NCBI GenBank assembly: GCA_003971905.1
Contig: RSEE01000083.1
Span: 62,001 to 126,000 of the forward strand
Direction: 5' to 3'
Length of the DNA stretch: 64,000 nucleotides
Source: Moniliella sp. 'wahieum'
Taxonomy: Eukaryota
The notes below the pieces were generated by a model. That model saw only the letters and a list, made by a program, of their open reading frames with translations. It was not told the origin of the DNA and did no database searches. The position numbers and the translations under genes were made by a program. Within the stretch, counting starts at the first letter, position 1. The number at the start of each line of letters is the position of its first letter. Of this stretch, positions 49,973-62,320 are shown in pieces.

Positions 49973-52900
49973 ATGGGCTGGAGCCTCTTCAAGCGCGGCG
50001 ACGGCCCCACAACGCCGACGGCCCCAGCAACGCCGACGACGACGATGCCAAGGATGCCCGTCTCGACCGCAAGACCCCCCAGGCCGACAAGGCCAGCCGC
50101 GCCATCGCCAAGAGCGCCGAACGCGACCTGAAAAAGTACGAGGCCCGCTACGCCAAACGCCTCGAAAGCGACTCGGCCGCCCCACCGCACCGCCCTTTTC
50201 TCCCCCCACCCCCCCATCCCTGGCTCGGCTCTGCCGGCCGCCTCGCCCACCGATCTCTACCCCACCTCCTTGCCGTCCCTGCCCGCGGCCCCGCCCGCGC
50301 CCATGCCCAGCTTCCCGCCCAGCAGCCCTGCCAGAGGCTCTCTCTCCACTCCACCCCCTTCCCCGCCTTCGCCGCGCTACCGATCAAGCCCATACTCCTC
50401 CTCCGGGTGCACCAAATCACCGCGCCAGCATGTTCAATCCAGGCGAGCTTGTTCCGGGGACGGTGGTGCCCCGCGCACCTGTGTCGCCAGCCCGTTTGTC
50501 GTCCCCTTCTTTCAACCCCAACGGGTCGCCAGTGCGCCATCCCTCTGCGCTGATCCCTAGCGGGAATGTGGCCGGGGTAGGTACTTCTCGAAGCGGTACC
50601 CCCGGGGCCGCCACGTCCCGATCTGGATCGCGACGCAACTCGGCCTTTCTTGACTATGTCCGAGGACGGACACAGAGTAATGGTGCGAGTAGTGATTACC
50701 AGTCGCGCTGGGATCCGGGCCGCCGGCCTCCACCTTTACCTCAGGAAGCAGTCTGCCTGCTCTTGACTTTGGGCGCCCGTTGTCCACCGAGCCAGCCCAA
50801 GATCTCCCCCCTCGCTCCGCCGGATCCGTCATGGAGCGCAGCCGGAGCGGCAGTGCGCAGGGTTCTTTTTCCTCCCCACTCCGACCGGCTCCATCGAACA
50901 ACTCGGAAGAGCTTCAAGCGGAAATTGCATCGCTGCGGCAGAACATTGCTCAGTTGCGGCGGACAAGCGAGGACTTGGAGTCGCTCATGTCGGGGCCCCG
51001 GTTGTCTGACATGAGTTCGCCGCCCGTTCAAGGAAGAGGGGCGCACGATGAGCGATCCGCCCTCCCTTGCGGGTGCTCTTGAAGCAGCCTCGCACCGGCC
51101 TGGCGAATTCTCTGTCTTTACCCCGGGTGTAACGCGCACACTTGCTGAACCCACTCCGCTCTTCTCACCACCTTCGACGGGACCCGGAGGTGCGGCAGGG
51201 AACAATGCGACTGTTCTTCCGCCTGTTGGGGCACCCCCTTCTCAACCCCCCATTGGCACTACTTCCGGTGCCCAGGTCGCCCCCGCTGCGCCAGTCTCCA
51301 TGCCTACGTTCATTACGCCAACAGCGGGGCCTGGCACCCACGTCTTCCAGCCTCCCTCCCGAGGCTACACCCATCTTGCTCCTCTTCCCACGCCTCCGAG
51401 GCTGAAGGGGAAGATGGAGTGCTGGACTCTGCCGACACCACGCCTGCGCCCTCGACGGACCACATCATACCCCGTTGGCCATCCCTCCGCAGCTAGACCG
51501 CCCGCACAAGGACTGGTTCAAGGGCGACAACTACACTCCTTTCCCCTCGGAAGGGCAGGTGGGGCGGGAAATGAAGAAGTACCTTCTTGCCTCGGACAGT
51601 GTGGAGGAAGCCAAGGCCAAGTCGCGCGAGGCAGGCGTCGAGTGTTTGCACTGTATCCCGATGAGACGGCACTGAAAAGATGGACGCGGACCTGCGTCGG
51701 CGGGGGAACAAGACAGAGTACGCCACCATGACCGCTGACGAGGAACGAGCCCGCTTGGAAAAGTTCCGGCCCCACTACCAGGCCGAGAGGACAATCCTTG
51801 GTCCGGTGCCCCGTCGGGCCCAGCAGCGCGGTCAAGAACGGGATGCTCGCCGTGCTGCAGCAGCAGCTGCAGCTGCCGCTGCATCTGGCGCCGCCACCCC
51901 ACGTCGTCGTCCTGACTCGCATACCCCCGGTGCTGCAACACCACGCCATCCAGCCAAGGGCAGCGGAGGTGCCACCACCCCTTTCCCTGGGGGCACACCG
52001 AGTGTATATGGTGCCCCGGCGGGATATGCCACGCCGGGTGGGATGATGACACCTGGAGGCATGATGACTCCAGGGGGTATATGACCCCGGGGGCATGATG
52101 ACACCTGGAGGAATGATGACACCTGGAGGAATGATGACACCGGGTGGTATGATGACACCTGGCGGTATGATGACACCTGGCGGTATGATGACACCTGGTG
52201 GCATGATGGCGCCGGGTATGATGGGGGGCATGATGACGCCTCCAGGCTTTATGCCCGGTGCAATGGTCCAATGAAAAGGAGCGTGGCAAGACGATTGCGC
52301 AGCTGGAGGACCGGCACAAAGAGCGACTTGCGGCGATGCAGGCTGGCGCCAAGGTGAACATGGAGAAAACGCGGTTGCTGCAGATTGAGCGGCAAAAAGT
52401 GGCGCAGCGCAGGAAGAGAGGGAACGGGCGGCCAAAGCGTTGGAGGTGCCGGCCAAAACGTCTGACAAGGACAAGGATAAGGACAAGAAGAAGAGTCTTA
52501 AGGCCGATCCGCGCTGGAGGCAAAGCGCTGTCAGCTTGCTCCACCTTCCTACCGCCACCCCTCGCGCTAGCAGAGCTTTGACCACAAACCCTCTTCTCGC
52601 CCGACGGCCGTTCCCCGGAGCGCTCTGACGCTCTGGCCGCAGCGCCGTCGCCCGACCTGGCGAAAGGGAGGAAGAGAAGACGAAGATGGTCAACCGCATG
52701 TCGACCATGTCGTTTGCCATGCCCGGTGCGCCACAGCCTACGCCACGGGCATCCATGTATGGCGCGCCGGCACAGATGGCTTTGACCGGCCCGACGCCGA
52801 CGCCACGGCAAAGTGTGCTGTTTGGTTCGGGTGGCGGTCCGGGCGCGGGTGCGGGCGCAGGCGCTGTACCGGCCAGGGCGGGAGTGGGCGCGATGGGGGA

Positions 52901-53164
52901 GACGATGACGCCGCGGCAAAGTGTGTACGGGTACGGCCGAACGGGGCATTGGACGCGGTGCAGCGTCCTGCGTTGATGGCTACCCAATCGACGCCTGCTG
53001 TGCTTGAGACGGCCAAGCCCAAACCCAAGAAAGAGTTGACGAGACGGACCGACGAAGGAAAGCTGAGATGCGAGGATCGCAACCGCTTCTCTCGTTTGAA
53101 GGACCTTTGCTCCAGGAGGCCCGCGACCGTGCTGAGCAGGCCAAGAATCAGCATCAGCGCATTA
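49973..53164 (+). CDS. Hypothetical low-complexity protein with a (GGMMTP)n repeat; frameshifted, 3' end approximate
   Basis: Continuous coding-like segments: MGWSLFKRGD..., AERDLKKYEARYAKRLE, coiled-coil-like ELQAEIASLRQNIAQLRR, EEERARLEKFRPHY, KTIAQLEDRHKERLAAMQ. No family recognised. Confidence 0.65.
52021..52255 (+). repeat. 18-bp coding minisatellite encoding GGMMTP, about 11 copies
   Basis: ggNggNatgatgacNccN units, with variation mainly at synonymous positions. Confidence 0.9.
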
Positions 53165-53741
53165 GCATGCAATTGCTCAACCAGTATTGACACTACCTTG
53201 TTCGTGCAACGTTCCTCTTCCCCTTTCCCTATTCCCCTATTCCTCTCTTCTCCTCTCACTTCTTCCTTGTTGGGCGTGCGTACTCCTTGTTTCCCTTGTT
53301 TCCTCCGTTCATTCCTGCCCTGCTCATAACGGACCTCCTGTTTTGTCATTCTTCTCTCTACACATCTATCAAGCCGGGCACCCTGGCATTTTGCTACCTG
53401 TCAAGCTGGCCCTCGACCACACAGTTCCCTCTCGTTTCTGCCCACCTCGACCGCGCAGTGTTTTTGTGCGAGGGGCCATTGCCAGCTTGTGACGACAACG
53501 TATTTACGAGGACCCTGGGACCAACTCTGGCGACTAGAGAAGACGCGAGGGTGGGAGAGAAGAGACAGAAAACCCAATGTCCGTGATCGGAGGGGGTGGG
53601 AGATGGGAGGGCAGAGAGAACACTTCAATGCAAAGGCAGGGAAGAGAAGGCGCATGGAAGGCTTCTAACTCCCCTGGGGGAGGAGGGACCTTGGTCCGGC
53701 GGAGCGTAGAGCATAGACGGTAAAACCCTCGCCGGTCACCT

Positions 53742-55101
53742 TTAGGTACGCAAGAACCCCTTCTTTTTTTTTGGCTTTGCTTTTCAGGGGTCAATGGCCG
53801 GCCCATCTCGATTCGTCGTTTGCGGTCGACCAGGTCGGCTTGCTGGCGTTCGAGTGCTTCTTTCATTTGACGGTGGCGGGAGTAGAGTTCCTCTTCGGAT
53901 TGTTTGAGCTTGGCCTCCTTTTCTGCGACCTTTTGTTGGAAGACGAGTTTCATCTCGTTCTCCATCTTGGCCAACTTGGCTTCGTGCAGGCCTCGTTCCT
54001 CGGCCAACTTGGCGGCCGGGTTGATCTCGTTGAACACCGACTGGTCCTGGGCCACGCCCATGGCCAACATCTTCTCGGTACGGTACTTTTCGTAGAGATT
54101 GTTGTTGGTGTGTTCTTTAAGTTCTTCCATGTGCGTCCGGATCAACATTTGTCGCAGCTTGACAAAGTCACAGTGCTCCTCATTGTCCACCTCAATCACG
54201 CCCCAAGGGTACGCACGGCCTCGCACGCGCCGACCATCGGACGTGTCCACTTCCATGTTGGACCCAACCACGGCAAAGGGAATCTGGCGCTGCGAGCGGG
54301 AGGAGAGCAGAGAACGTCAATCCGTCAATCCGTCAATCCGTCAGTACAATACCCCACTGGGACAACAGTGCAACCCTTGACACGTACAGCAATCTCTGCA
54401 TTTTCATCATATGTCTCCTCATCGTCATTGTCGTAGATGGGGGCATGGAAAATATCGATTTGGTGGTAGGCAATGTCGGCGAGGATGCGCTGTTTGAACG
54501 CGGCGATTTCCTCGTCGATCAGGGTATCGGACTTGGCAATGACGGGGATGAGGTTGACCTTGGTGTGGAGGCGCCGCATGAACTCGATGTCAATAGGACG
54601 GAGAGAGTGACCGGTAGGCTGAACAAAGTAGAGACACGCGTGCACCCGATTATCTTGGAGCATAGTCCGGTTCACCCGGTTCTCCTGCTCCAGATAGGTA
54701 TCGAAGCGCTGCTCAATGTTGTCCAAGATCGGTTTCCAAGCACCTTCGTTGTTGACATAATCGCCAAATCCGGGCGTATCAACCACATTCAGACGCAGCC
54801 GGACCCCATTCTCCTCAATGTCGGCGCTGATGGACTCGATCGCGACCGTCGACGGCCGTTCGGCACCGGGCGGAGGCACGGCTTTGGCCTGGTACAAGGC
54901 TGTGTTGAAGAGCGTGTTGACCAGCGTCGACTTGCCCAGGCCACTCTCGCCGACGACCATGCAGGTGAAGGTGAACCCTTTCCTGACGCTTTTGCGGTGA
55001 ACCTGGTTGGGCAGGTTAGCAAACCCAACATACCCCGACAGCTTGGTGCGGGTCGGCTCGCGCGAGGCGGGGGGTGCCGAGTAAGAGTCAATGCTGGACA
55101 T
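53742..55101 (-). CDS. CDC3: Septin, Cdc3/AspB type; one intron
   Basis: [79 protein letters not shown]-terminal coiled coil. Intron ~54387-54290. Confidence 0.95.
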
Positions 55102-56007
55102 GGCGAGCACGACGAACACGGGTGGAGCGAGGGAGGAGGGGCTAGGGGCGAGGGCAAGAGCAAGGGCAATGGGGACGGCGGTGCTGATGGGGGGGAGGCA
55201 GAGGGGCGAGGTGGGCCAGGAGAGAGAGCACCAATAGCCTCCCGCCGTCGTCCCGCTGCTCCACACCAACTGGGCCATGCGAGCAGCCCCCTGCGCACAG
55301 GGGCAGTGTCCCGCCCCCGCGCGTCAGCACGTGCTCTGGGCACGGCGCCAGTGCTGGGCGCTTCCCCACCCGCTGCGTTGGGACAGCAGCCGGCCAAACG
55401 TGCCCAACCCTAGCGCCCCTCCCCGCCCCCCGCCCATCGCGTCTGCCGTCGGAACTCCGTCTCAGGACGCACACGACACAGGACAGAACACCGTCCTCTG
55501 GGTGAGTACCCAGTGGATCTATCTCCCCTCCACCAGCCTCGTTTTGCTCGTCCATCCCCGCCCCCCACACCCGCTAGCTCCCAGCGCACACCGCACGCGT
55601 TGCATCCTCATCCATTCCACTTTTCCGCACGCAGGAAACACACGCTCAGAGTATATCGTCATCATCATCGTCCGCGCCCAGCGCTTCTTCTTCGTCACCG
55701 GCCCATGCGTATTGCCGAGCTCGGCATCTGCGTCTCATGCGCATGCGAGGTGACCGATTCCCCCTCCGCCACCTCCATCCCATCCATAGGGACAGAGGCT
55801 GCCGATGATTCGGGCGCACCTGTCGCTGCGTCCGGGGTCCGCCCAAGGGCGGCCGTGACAGACGCACTGGAACCACATCCTGGGTGGGTGAGCGAGGAAG
55901 GGTCAAAGGGACGATGGGCAAGCCAGACCATGGGTCTTGCTCAAAGAGAGGCTGAGGTAGGTTCCTGTAATGAACCACGTCGGTCAGTATGGCTGTTGGC
56001 TCTTGTG

Positions 56008-56050
56008 CTCATTTCCTCATTTCCTCATTTCCTCATTTCCTCATTTCCTC
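56008..56050. repeat. (CTCATTTC)n 8-bp tandem repeat, about 5 copies
   Basis: ctcatttcctcatttcctcatttcctcatttcctcatttcctc. Confidence 0.85.
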
Positions 56051-57058
56051 CAACTGATAGGTACGTACGGGAGGAGGAGGGATCTGTAGGTCTTCCGGCA
56101 TCACATGTTGCTGTTCCCGTGCATCGTGCGTCATGAGACGAGGGGGCAGGATGAAGAGAACCAACAAGAACCGGGTCAGCGCACCCAGGCAAGATGAACG
56201 GGGAGTATACATACCAGCAACCCTGGCCCAATCCCATGTGCGCCGTGGTCAGCACCGGGTCTGCCTCCCCGTGGGTCCATGACCACGTCCGCGTCCGCGT
56301 CCGCGTCCACCACCACGCCCATGCCCATGCCCACGTCCGCGCCCCAGTCCACGCTCTCTACCCCATGCCCCCGTTCTCTCTCTCGGTTGTTGCGGTGCCG
56401 AAGTGCTGTCCGGCATGCTGGGGGGAAGCAAAAGACGGGGGGGTGGTTGTGATAGGGGCCACGCGCGGTGGGTGGGAGCAGGATGGGGACGGCCTGCACA
56501 AGAAGGCTGGCGGGCGGTAACGGTCAACGTTTGACGTTCGACGGCGTTACCAGCGACTAGTGGCCAACTTTGTCGGGGGCTCCCAGGTGGGACACTTGGG
56601 CACGCGACACGTGACCCGTTCCGCCCTGTAGCGGAACAGGCGTCCGACTAAAACGGCATGACAGTAGCTGCATTTTGGCCTCCTTGCGTGCATTGCAAGG
56701 AACCAGGATCCTCAGGCGAATTCTGAGATCCGCTTCATGCGCTACACGTTTAGTACCAAACATCTGTCTGCCTACACATGTTGCATTCCGAGGAGGTTGA
56801 AGTTCAACGCTCCTCGTACAAAGATGAGAATCGCAGAGTGGTGTGGAATGCATTTGCTCGGAGAGCGTCAGAAAGGGTGCATGAAATGGACACATCCTGT
56901 CGAACAGACGGCGACGAAGGAGGGGGAATTTTGGCTAGTTGTACAAGGTGGGGTTCACCACAGAGATTAAGACGCCCAACGTCGAGAGAGACACCAGGGA
57001 CAGGAGAGGTGGGTGGGGGGCAACAAGGGAGAAGATCAAACCGTACCGGCTTGCAGGC

Positions 57059-59127
57059 TTACTCCTTCTTTCGCGCGCCCTCGCTAGCCTGCTGCTGGCT
57101 CTCGGCGTTGCGCTTCTCGTAGATCTGCTTGAAGAGGCCGAGCGACGCCTGCTGGGTCTCGTTGATCTGTTCCCGCACCTGGTCCGGGGTGATGTCCGAG
57201 TCACCATTTTGGGCCTTGGCTGCCAGCTCCTCCGTCTTCTTGATAAGCTCGTTGAGCTTGTCCTTCTCCTCCTGAGGCAGCTGGTCGGCGAACTCGCCAA
57301 GAGCCTTGGAGGTCTCGGCGCACACACCCTGGGCGCGGTTCGCCTCCTCGATCAACTCCTTGCGCGCCTTGTCGGCTTCAGCGTGCTTCTCGGCATCCTG
57401 AACCATGTTCTCAATTTCAGAGTCCGACAGACCCGAGGAAGCAGCCACGGTAATGTTGGCGTCCTTGCCGGTAGCCTTGTCCTTGGCGCTGACGGAGAGG
57501 ATACCGTCGGCTCAATGTCAAACGTCACCTCAATTTGAGGCACACCACGGGGCGCGGGCGGAGCCCACCAAGGTTGAAGTTGCCCAGGAGCTTGTTGTCC
57601 TTGACGAGTTCACGCTCGCCTTGGTACACCTGGATCTCCACCGCCGTCTGGCCATCGGCGGCAGTCGAGAACGTCTGCGACTTCTTGGTCGGGATGGTAG
57701 TGTTGCGGTTGATCAGACGGGTAAAGACGCCGCCAAGAGTGTTGATACCGAGCGACAGAGGGGTCACGTCGAGGAGAGAATGTCGGTCACTTGGCCCGAA
57801 AGCACACCACCCTGGATCGAAGCGCCAATGGCAACGGCCTCGTCGGGGTTGACGCCCTTGCTCGGGTCACGCTTGAAAATGTCCTTGACGGTAGAAAGAA
57901 CCTTGGGCATACGGCTCATACCACCAACCATGATGACAGCGTCAATGTCAGAAGGCTTGGCGCCAGCGTCGGCGAGGGCCTTCTTGCAAGGCTCGACCGT
58001 GCGCTCGACCAGCTTGCCAACCAGCACCTCGAGTTGGGTGCGGGTGAGCTTCTGGTTGATGTGCTTGGGGCCACTGGCGTCGGCAGTAATGTAGGGAAGC
58101 GAGATCTCGGTCGACGGGGCCGAAGAAAGCTCAATCTTGGCCTTCTCGGCAGCCTCGCGGATACGCTGGATGGCCATGCGGTCGCCCGACAGGTCAATGC
58201 CAGACTCCTTCTGGAATTCCTGGACAAGGTGCTCAACAAGCACAATGTCAAAGTCCTCACCACCCAGGTGGGTGTCACCGTTGGTCGACTTGACCTCAAA
58301 CACGCCGTTCTGCATCTCGAGAATCGACACGTCGAACGTACCACCACCCAAGTCGAACACAGCAATCGTAGCCGCCTGGTCCTTGTCAAGACCGTAGGCG
58401 AGGGCAGCGGCAGTAGGCTCATTAATCACACGCAGAACGTCGAGGCCGGCAATGGTACCAGCGTCCTTGGTGGCCTGACGTTGCGAGTCATTGAAGTAGG
58501 CAGGGACAGTAATGACAGCGTGCTTGACGGGTTTGCCGAGGTAGGCAGCGGCAGTCTCCCGCAGCTTACCAACAACAAACGCACCAATTTGCTGGGGCGA
58601 GTAGTTCTGGCCGCGTACCTCGAGCCAGGCGTCGCCGTTGGAGTGGGCGACAATCTTGTAGGGACGTTCTTAATGTCCTTCTGCACCTCGGCGTCCTTGA
58701 ACTTGCGACCAATCAAACGCTTGGTGGCAAACAGAGTAGCCTCGGGGTTCACGACGGCCTGGCGCTTGGCAGGCACACCGACCAGGCGTTCGTTGTTCTT
58801 GGTGAACGCAACGACCGAAGGGGTGGTACGGCCACCCTCCTCGTTCTCAATCACACGGGCTTGCTGGCCCTCCATGATGGAGACCACGAGTTGGTAGCTG
58901 TAGGTAATAAGAGGAGAGGTTAGTGTCAATTCGGTGTAACAGGGAGGAGGAAGATACGCACTGCCCAGGTCGATACCGATAACAGGGCCGCTGACCTTGC
59001 TACCGGTCGAGTTGAAGCGGACCGCACCAAGGCGGGCAGCATTGAGCGGAGCAGCCGCCGTGACGGAGCGAGCGGCGAGAAGGCGGGCCGAGGGGAGCGC
59101 AGCCTGGCGAAGCGTGCGAGCAAGCAT
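57059..59127 (-). CDS. SSC1: Mitochondrial Hsp70; intron and frameshifts
   Basis: Arg/Ala/Leu-rich presequence [17 protein letters not shown]...[70 protein letters not shown]. Intron ~58961-58898. No EEVD or HDEL tail. Confidence 0.96.
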
Positions 59128-62100
59128 GATGGGGACGACAGCAACGACGGACAGGTGGTGGCAAAGAAGAATCGGCCTGGAGGAAGGTGCGTTTTATTTC
59201 GGCAGCCCGGAAGGCGTCGCATGGCGGAGAAAGCCATAGAACGTTTCTGCGCAGCTCGTTTCAAATTGTCGTCTCCCCCGGCCACGGCGCCAGTGTTCAT
59301 TTAGCATCGCCTCCCAGTGATGTCATCCCCCCGTTGAAACATTCTTCTGGCCCTCCGGCCAATTCCGCCTCCGCCACCTTCGACACCCTCCTGGAAGGGT
59401 CGGTCCAAACGGACCGCTTCTGGGTTCTACCTGCACTCTGTACTCACATGTCACATGCATGTCACAAGCCACAGCAGAAGTGAACCAGTAGTGAATATTC
59501 CTCAGATCGGCTCCTCGTTTGCCACAGTAGCAAATGTCCGGGAATTGAGACGAATCAAAGGCGATGGACTTTCTCTGTTGGCCCCTCTGTTGGCGAAGAC
59601 AATCTATTGCCCGGCCAGGTTTTCCCTACTACACCTGCTCTGACGATGAATGGCTCTCGCCTGGCACTCATCATCTCGGTCCTTGGATCATATTCCTGAC
59701 CCAGTCCATAAGCGATTTCAGTCTCCATTCTGCTCCACCACGCCACCGATTCGCAGCGTCACAATGTTCTTTTCCTTTTGTTTTGTTCTGCTGGAGTCGC
59801 GAATCAGACAAAAACCACCATCACATTTTAGGTGCCCAGAGTCCACATCGCCAAAACAGCCTCATTATTACTCTTTTTATTTCTCACTCACGTGTAGGCG
59901 GCGGAGTCCATTACACTGCAGTACACATAGTGTCCAGACATGTACTATGGTACCAGTGCGATGAGGAAACTGTAACGATGTGCATATCAATTGGAAATAG
60001 CCTTAGTGAGGCGGAGGGAAAAGGGGTGCGGGGATGGACTGAGACACAGTGAGGCTATAAGGGCTCTAACAAGAATTCGAAATCGCACCCACCTGGCTGC
60101 CAGAGTGAAAAGAGAAGTGAAAACCCATCAACAGGCTGCACTCCTGCGAGTCATTCAGTAGTCCCGCCCCGCATGTCTCTGTGTGCTTCGTGTGATGCGA
60201 TAATGGGGAAGGCCATCCAGACTGGTCCCATGCTTATCGGCGTATCCGGCAATTGATGCAAATGAGTATGCTGTGGGTATACGTTGACAGTAGTGCGACG
60301 GACATACTAAGTTTGCCCAGTGCAGTTGTTGCCATTTTGTCACCCACACCTGTTGATGGTCAGCGGCCAGCATTTCACCTTTGCATCGCGCGTGGGGCCT
60401 TGGATAGGAGATGTGTGTGCGACGCCACGATAGAGGTGTGAAAAGGATGCCTAAAATGCGGGCTCGTAGTAAGGTCACTAGGTGTGGAGAGAGAGAAGAG
60501 AATATGTGCCATGAAATACATAAATGCAAGAACGGATCGTCGATAAGAGGGGAGGGACGTCTTTACAGTCGTTGAAGACTGTCATAGTTTGGCTGATCTC
60601 ACTCCCATTTCCAATTTCTTCGTCTCGAGCGTCTCGCTCCTTCCCGGTTCCTTCCACTTCGCACCATGTCCTCTGTTCTTGCTTCTTCCCCACGAACGAT
60701 TGCTACACCCCTTGGCCTAGTCCGATCCTGATCTCCCTCGCCTTAGCCCCGACTGTGACAAAGACGTTGAATTAAAGTTCCTCTCACCGCCACACCAGCA
60801 CCTTCTGAGGTTGGCGCAACCTTAAGCACAGGGACATCAGTCGCCCTCCAGGTCCGCTCAGTAGCTTATCCGGCATTTGCTCTGAGATCTGGCAGCACTT
60901 CGTACCCATATTTGCAAACCAATGGCGTGCCAACCTGTGTACGTTATATGTCCACGGAGATGGGGGTGGTGTGGGTAGAGAGACATGTGAGCCTAAAAAA
61001 GTCCTTTTTTTGTCGATTAATATATTCAAAGCACGAAGAACCCCACAGAGGAAAGACGCACTGTGAGGGTTATTCCGCATGCCGGTAATGAGCAACGCGA
61101 TCCACTGTCCGAGGGTTGCATGGGACCTCCCATGCTTCTCTTGCGCGATGTCGATGAGGGTCGGGTGGCGTACTAGGTCCTAGGCGGGACACTGCGTCTC
61201 CTACGTAGTGGGGTAGGCACGGGTCCAACCACTCGCAAGAGAACGGGGGTGGGCGAAAGGGAAGGATGGAGAAAAGGGTGGTTTTCATTATTCGGGGCAG
61301 GCTCTGTTGACGAATCAGAATTCAGAAATCAGATCTCTCCCCCTGAGACTGAGAGGGGCAAGGGTGACATGTGGGCGACCAGCTGAGCCTGATAGCCAGA
61401 GCACATGGACCAAGAGGGAGGCGGCGGCGGGGGCGACCGTCGGATGATGGGTGGTGGCAAGGGGGCAAGGGGGCAAGAGCGGGGCCAGGGCGGGGCGAGT
61501 GTGGTGCGGGGAGAAAAGTGAAAAGCGGGCAGCACCCGCACAAGAGACTGCGCCGCCGCAATCCCACTGGCGCCGCGCCACGCCCTGCGGGGATAGCGCG
61601 CCCCAGCACCGCGCCCGTGTCAGCCCCTCGGCGCCGCCCCCCCGGCACGACGCCCCTGTTGGTTTGCTCCGTGTCGTTTTCTTGGGGCAGGGACAGCCGC
61701 CCGTCCAGACACTGGCGCCATGCCCCTCCTGCGTGCTGCCGTGCGTCTTGTTCCCCGCACGGCGTCCGCCACGGGGCCAGTCTTCCGCGCGACGCTGGCG
61801 ACCAGCGGGCTGAGGAACTGGCTGCTTATAACCGCCCGTCTCTCCCCACCCGTCCCCACGGCTGCTATCTGTCCACCCACAACCACTGGTGCTGCGTCCA
61901 TCGCCACCACCACCACCACCACCACCGCCACCGCCACCCCTCGGCGCATTCCTGTCCCCTCCGACCCGCCCAACCAGCGCCCGATCGCCCCATTGCGCCC
62001 CGTCGCCTCATCAGCCCCCCTCCCAACACGATCACCCCCTCAGGCCTCCGCGCCCCATCACCCTTTCCCAACCAAATCGGCCTCCGCGCGCCGCGCCCCC

Positions 62101-62320
62101 AACCGTATTTTTTATTTTTTGGGCCCGCCGCCACCTTCTTGCCTCCCCCTCCCCGCCCGCTCGTCCTTCTTCCTACTCTCCCACCGCCTGGCATGAACGC
62201 CTCTCTTTAGGGCGACCTTTGGATCCTGCATAGCTCTCGCTGCTGTATGTCCTAGCCCTCCACCTCCGTGCTGCGCCCTGATGTTCTGACTCTCTCACTT
62301 TGTGGCACAGCTGCCTCAAC

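Noticed and set aside
3580..55101. Apparent cluster of chromosome/cell-division genes (SRS2, SPC19, SWI3, SMC2, CDC9, CDC3)
   Set aside because: They are interspersed with unrelated housekeeping genes, and there is no evidence of a functional cluster beyond chance.
57405..58897. Long antisense ORFs opposite SSC1, and similar ones opposite SMC2, CDC3 and TPT/IST1
   Set aside because: These are the expected shadow ORFs of GC-rich, codon-biased genes and show no independent protein features.
59236..59400. Heat-shock elements upstream of SSC1 (agaacgtttct, tgaaacattc)
   Set aside because: The GAA/TTC spacing does not fit contiguous inverted nGAAn units, so I cannot support it.
59500..61300. Lower-GC intergenic stretch as a possible transposon or horizontally acquired insert
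   Set aside because: No terminal repeats, target-site duplication or transposase/RT motifs are visible; it is consistent with a long regulatory intergenic region.
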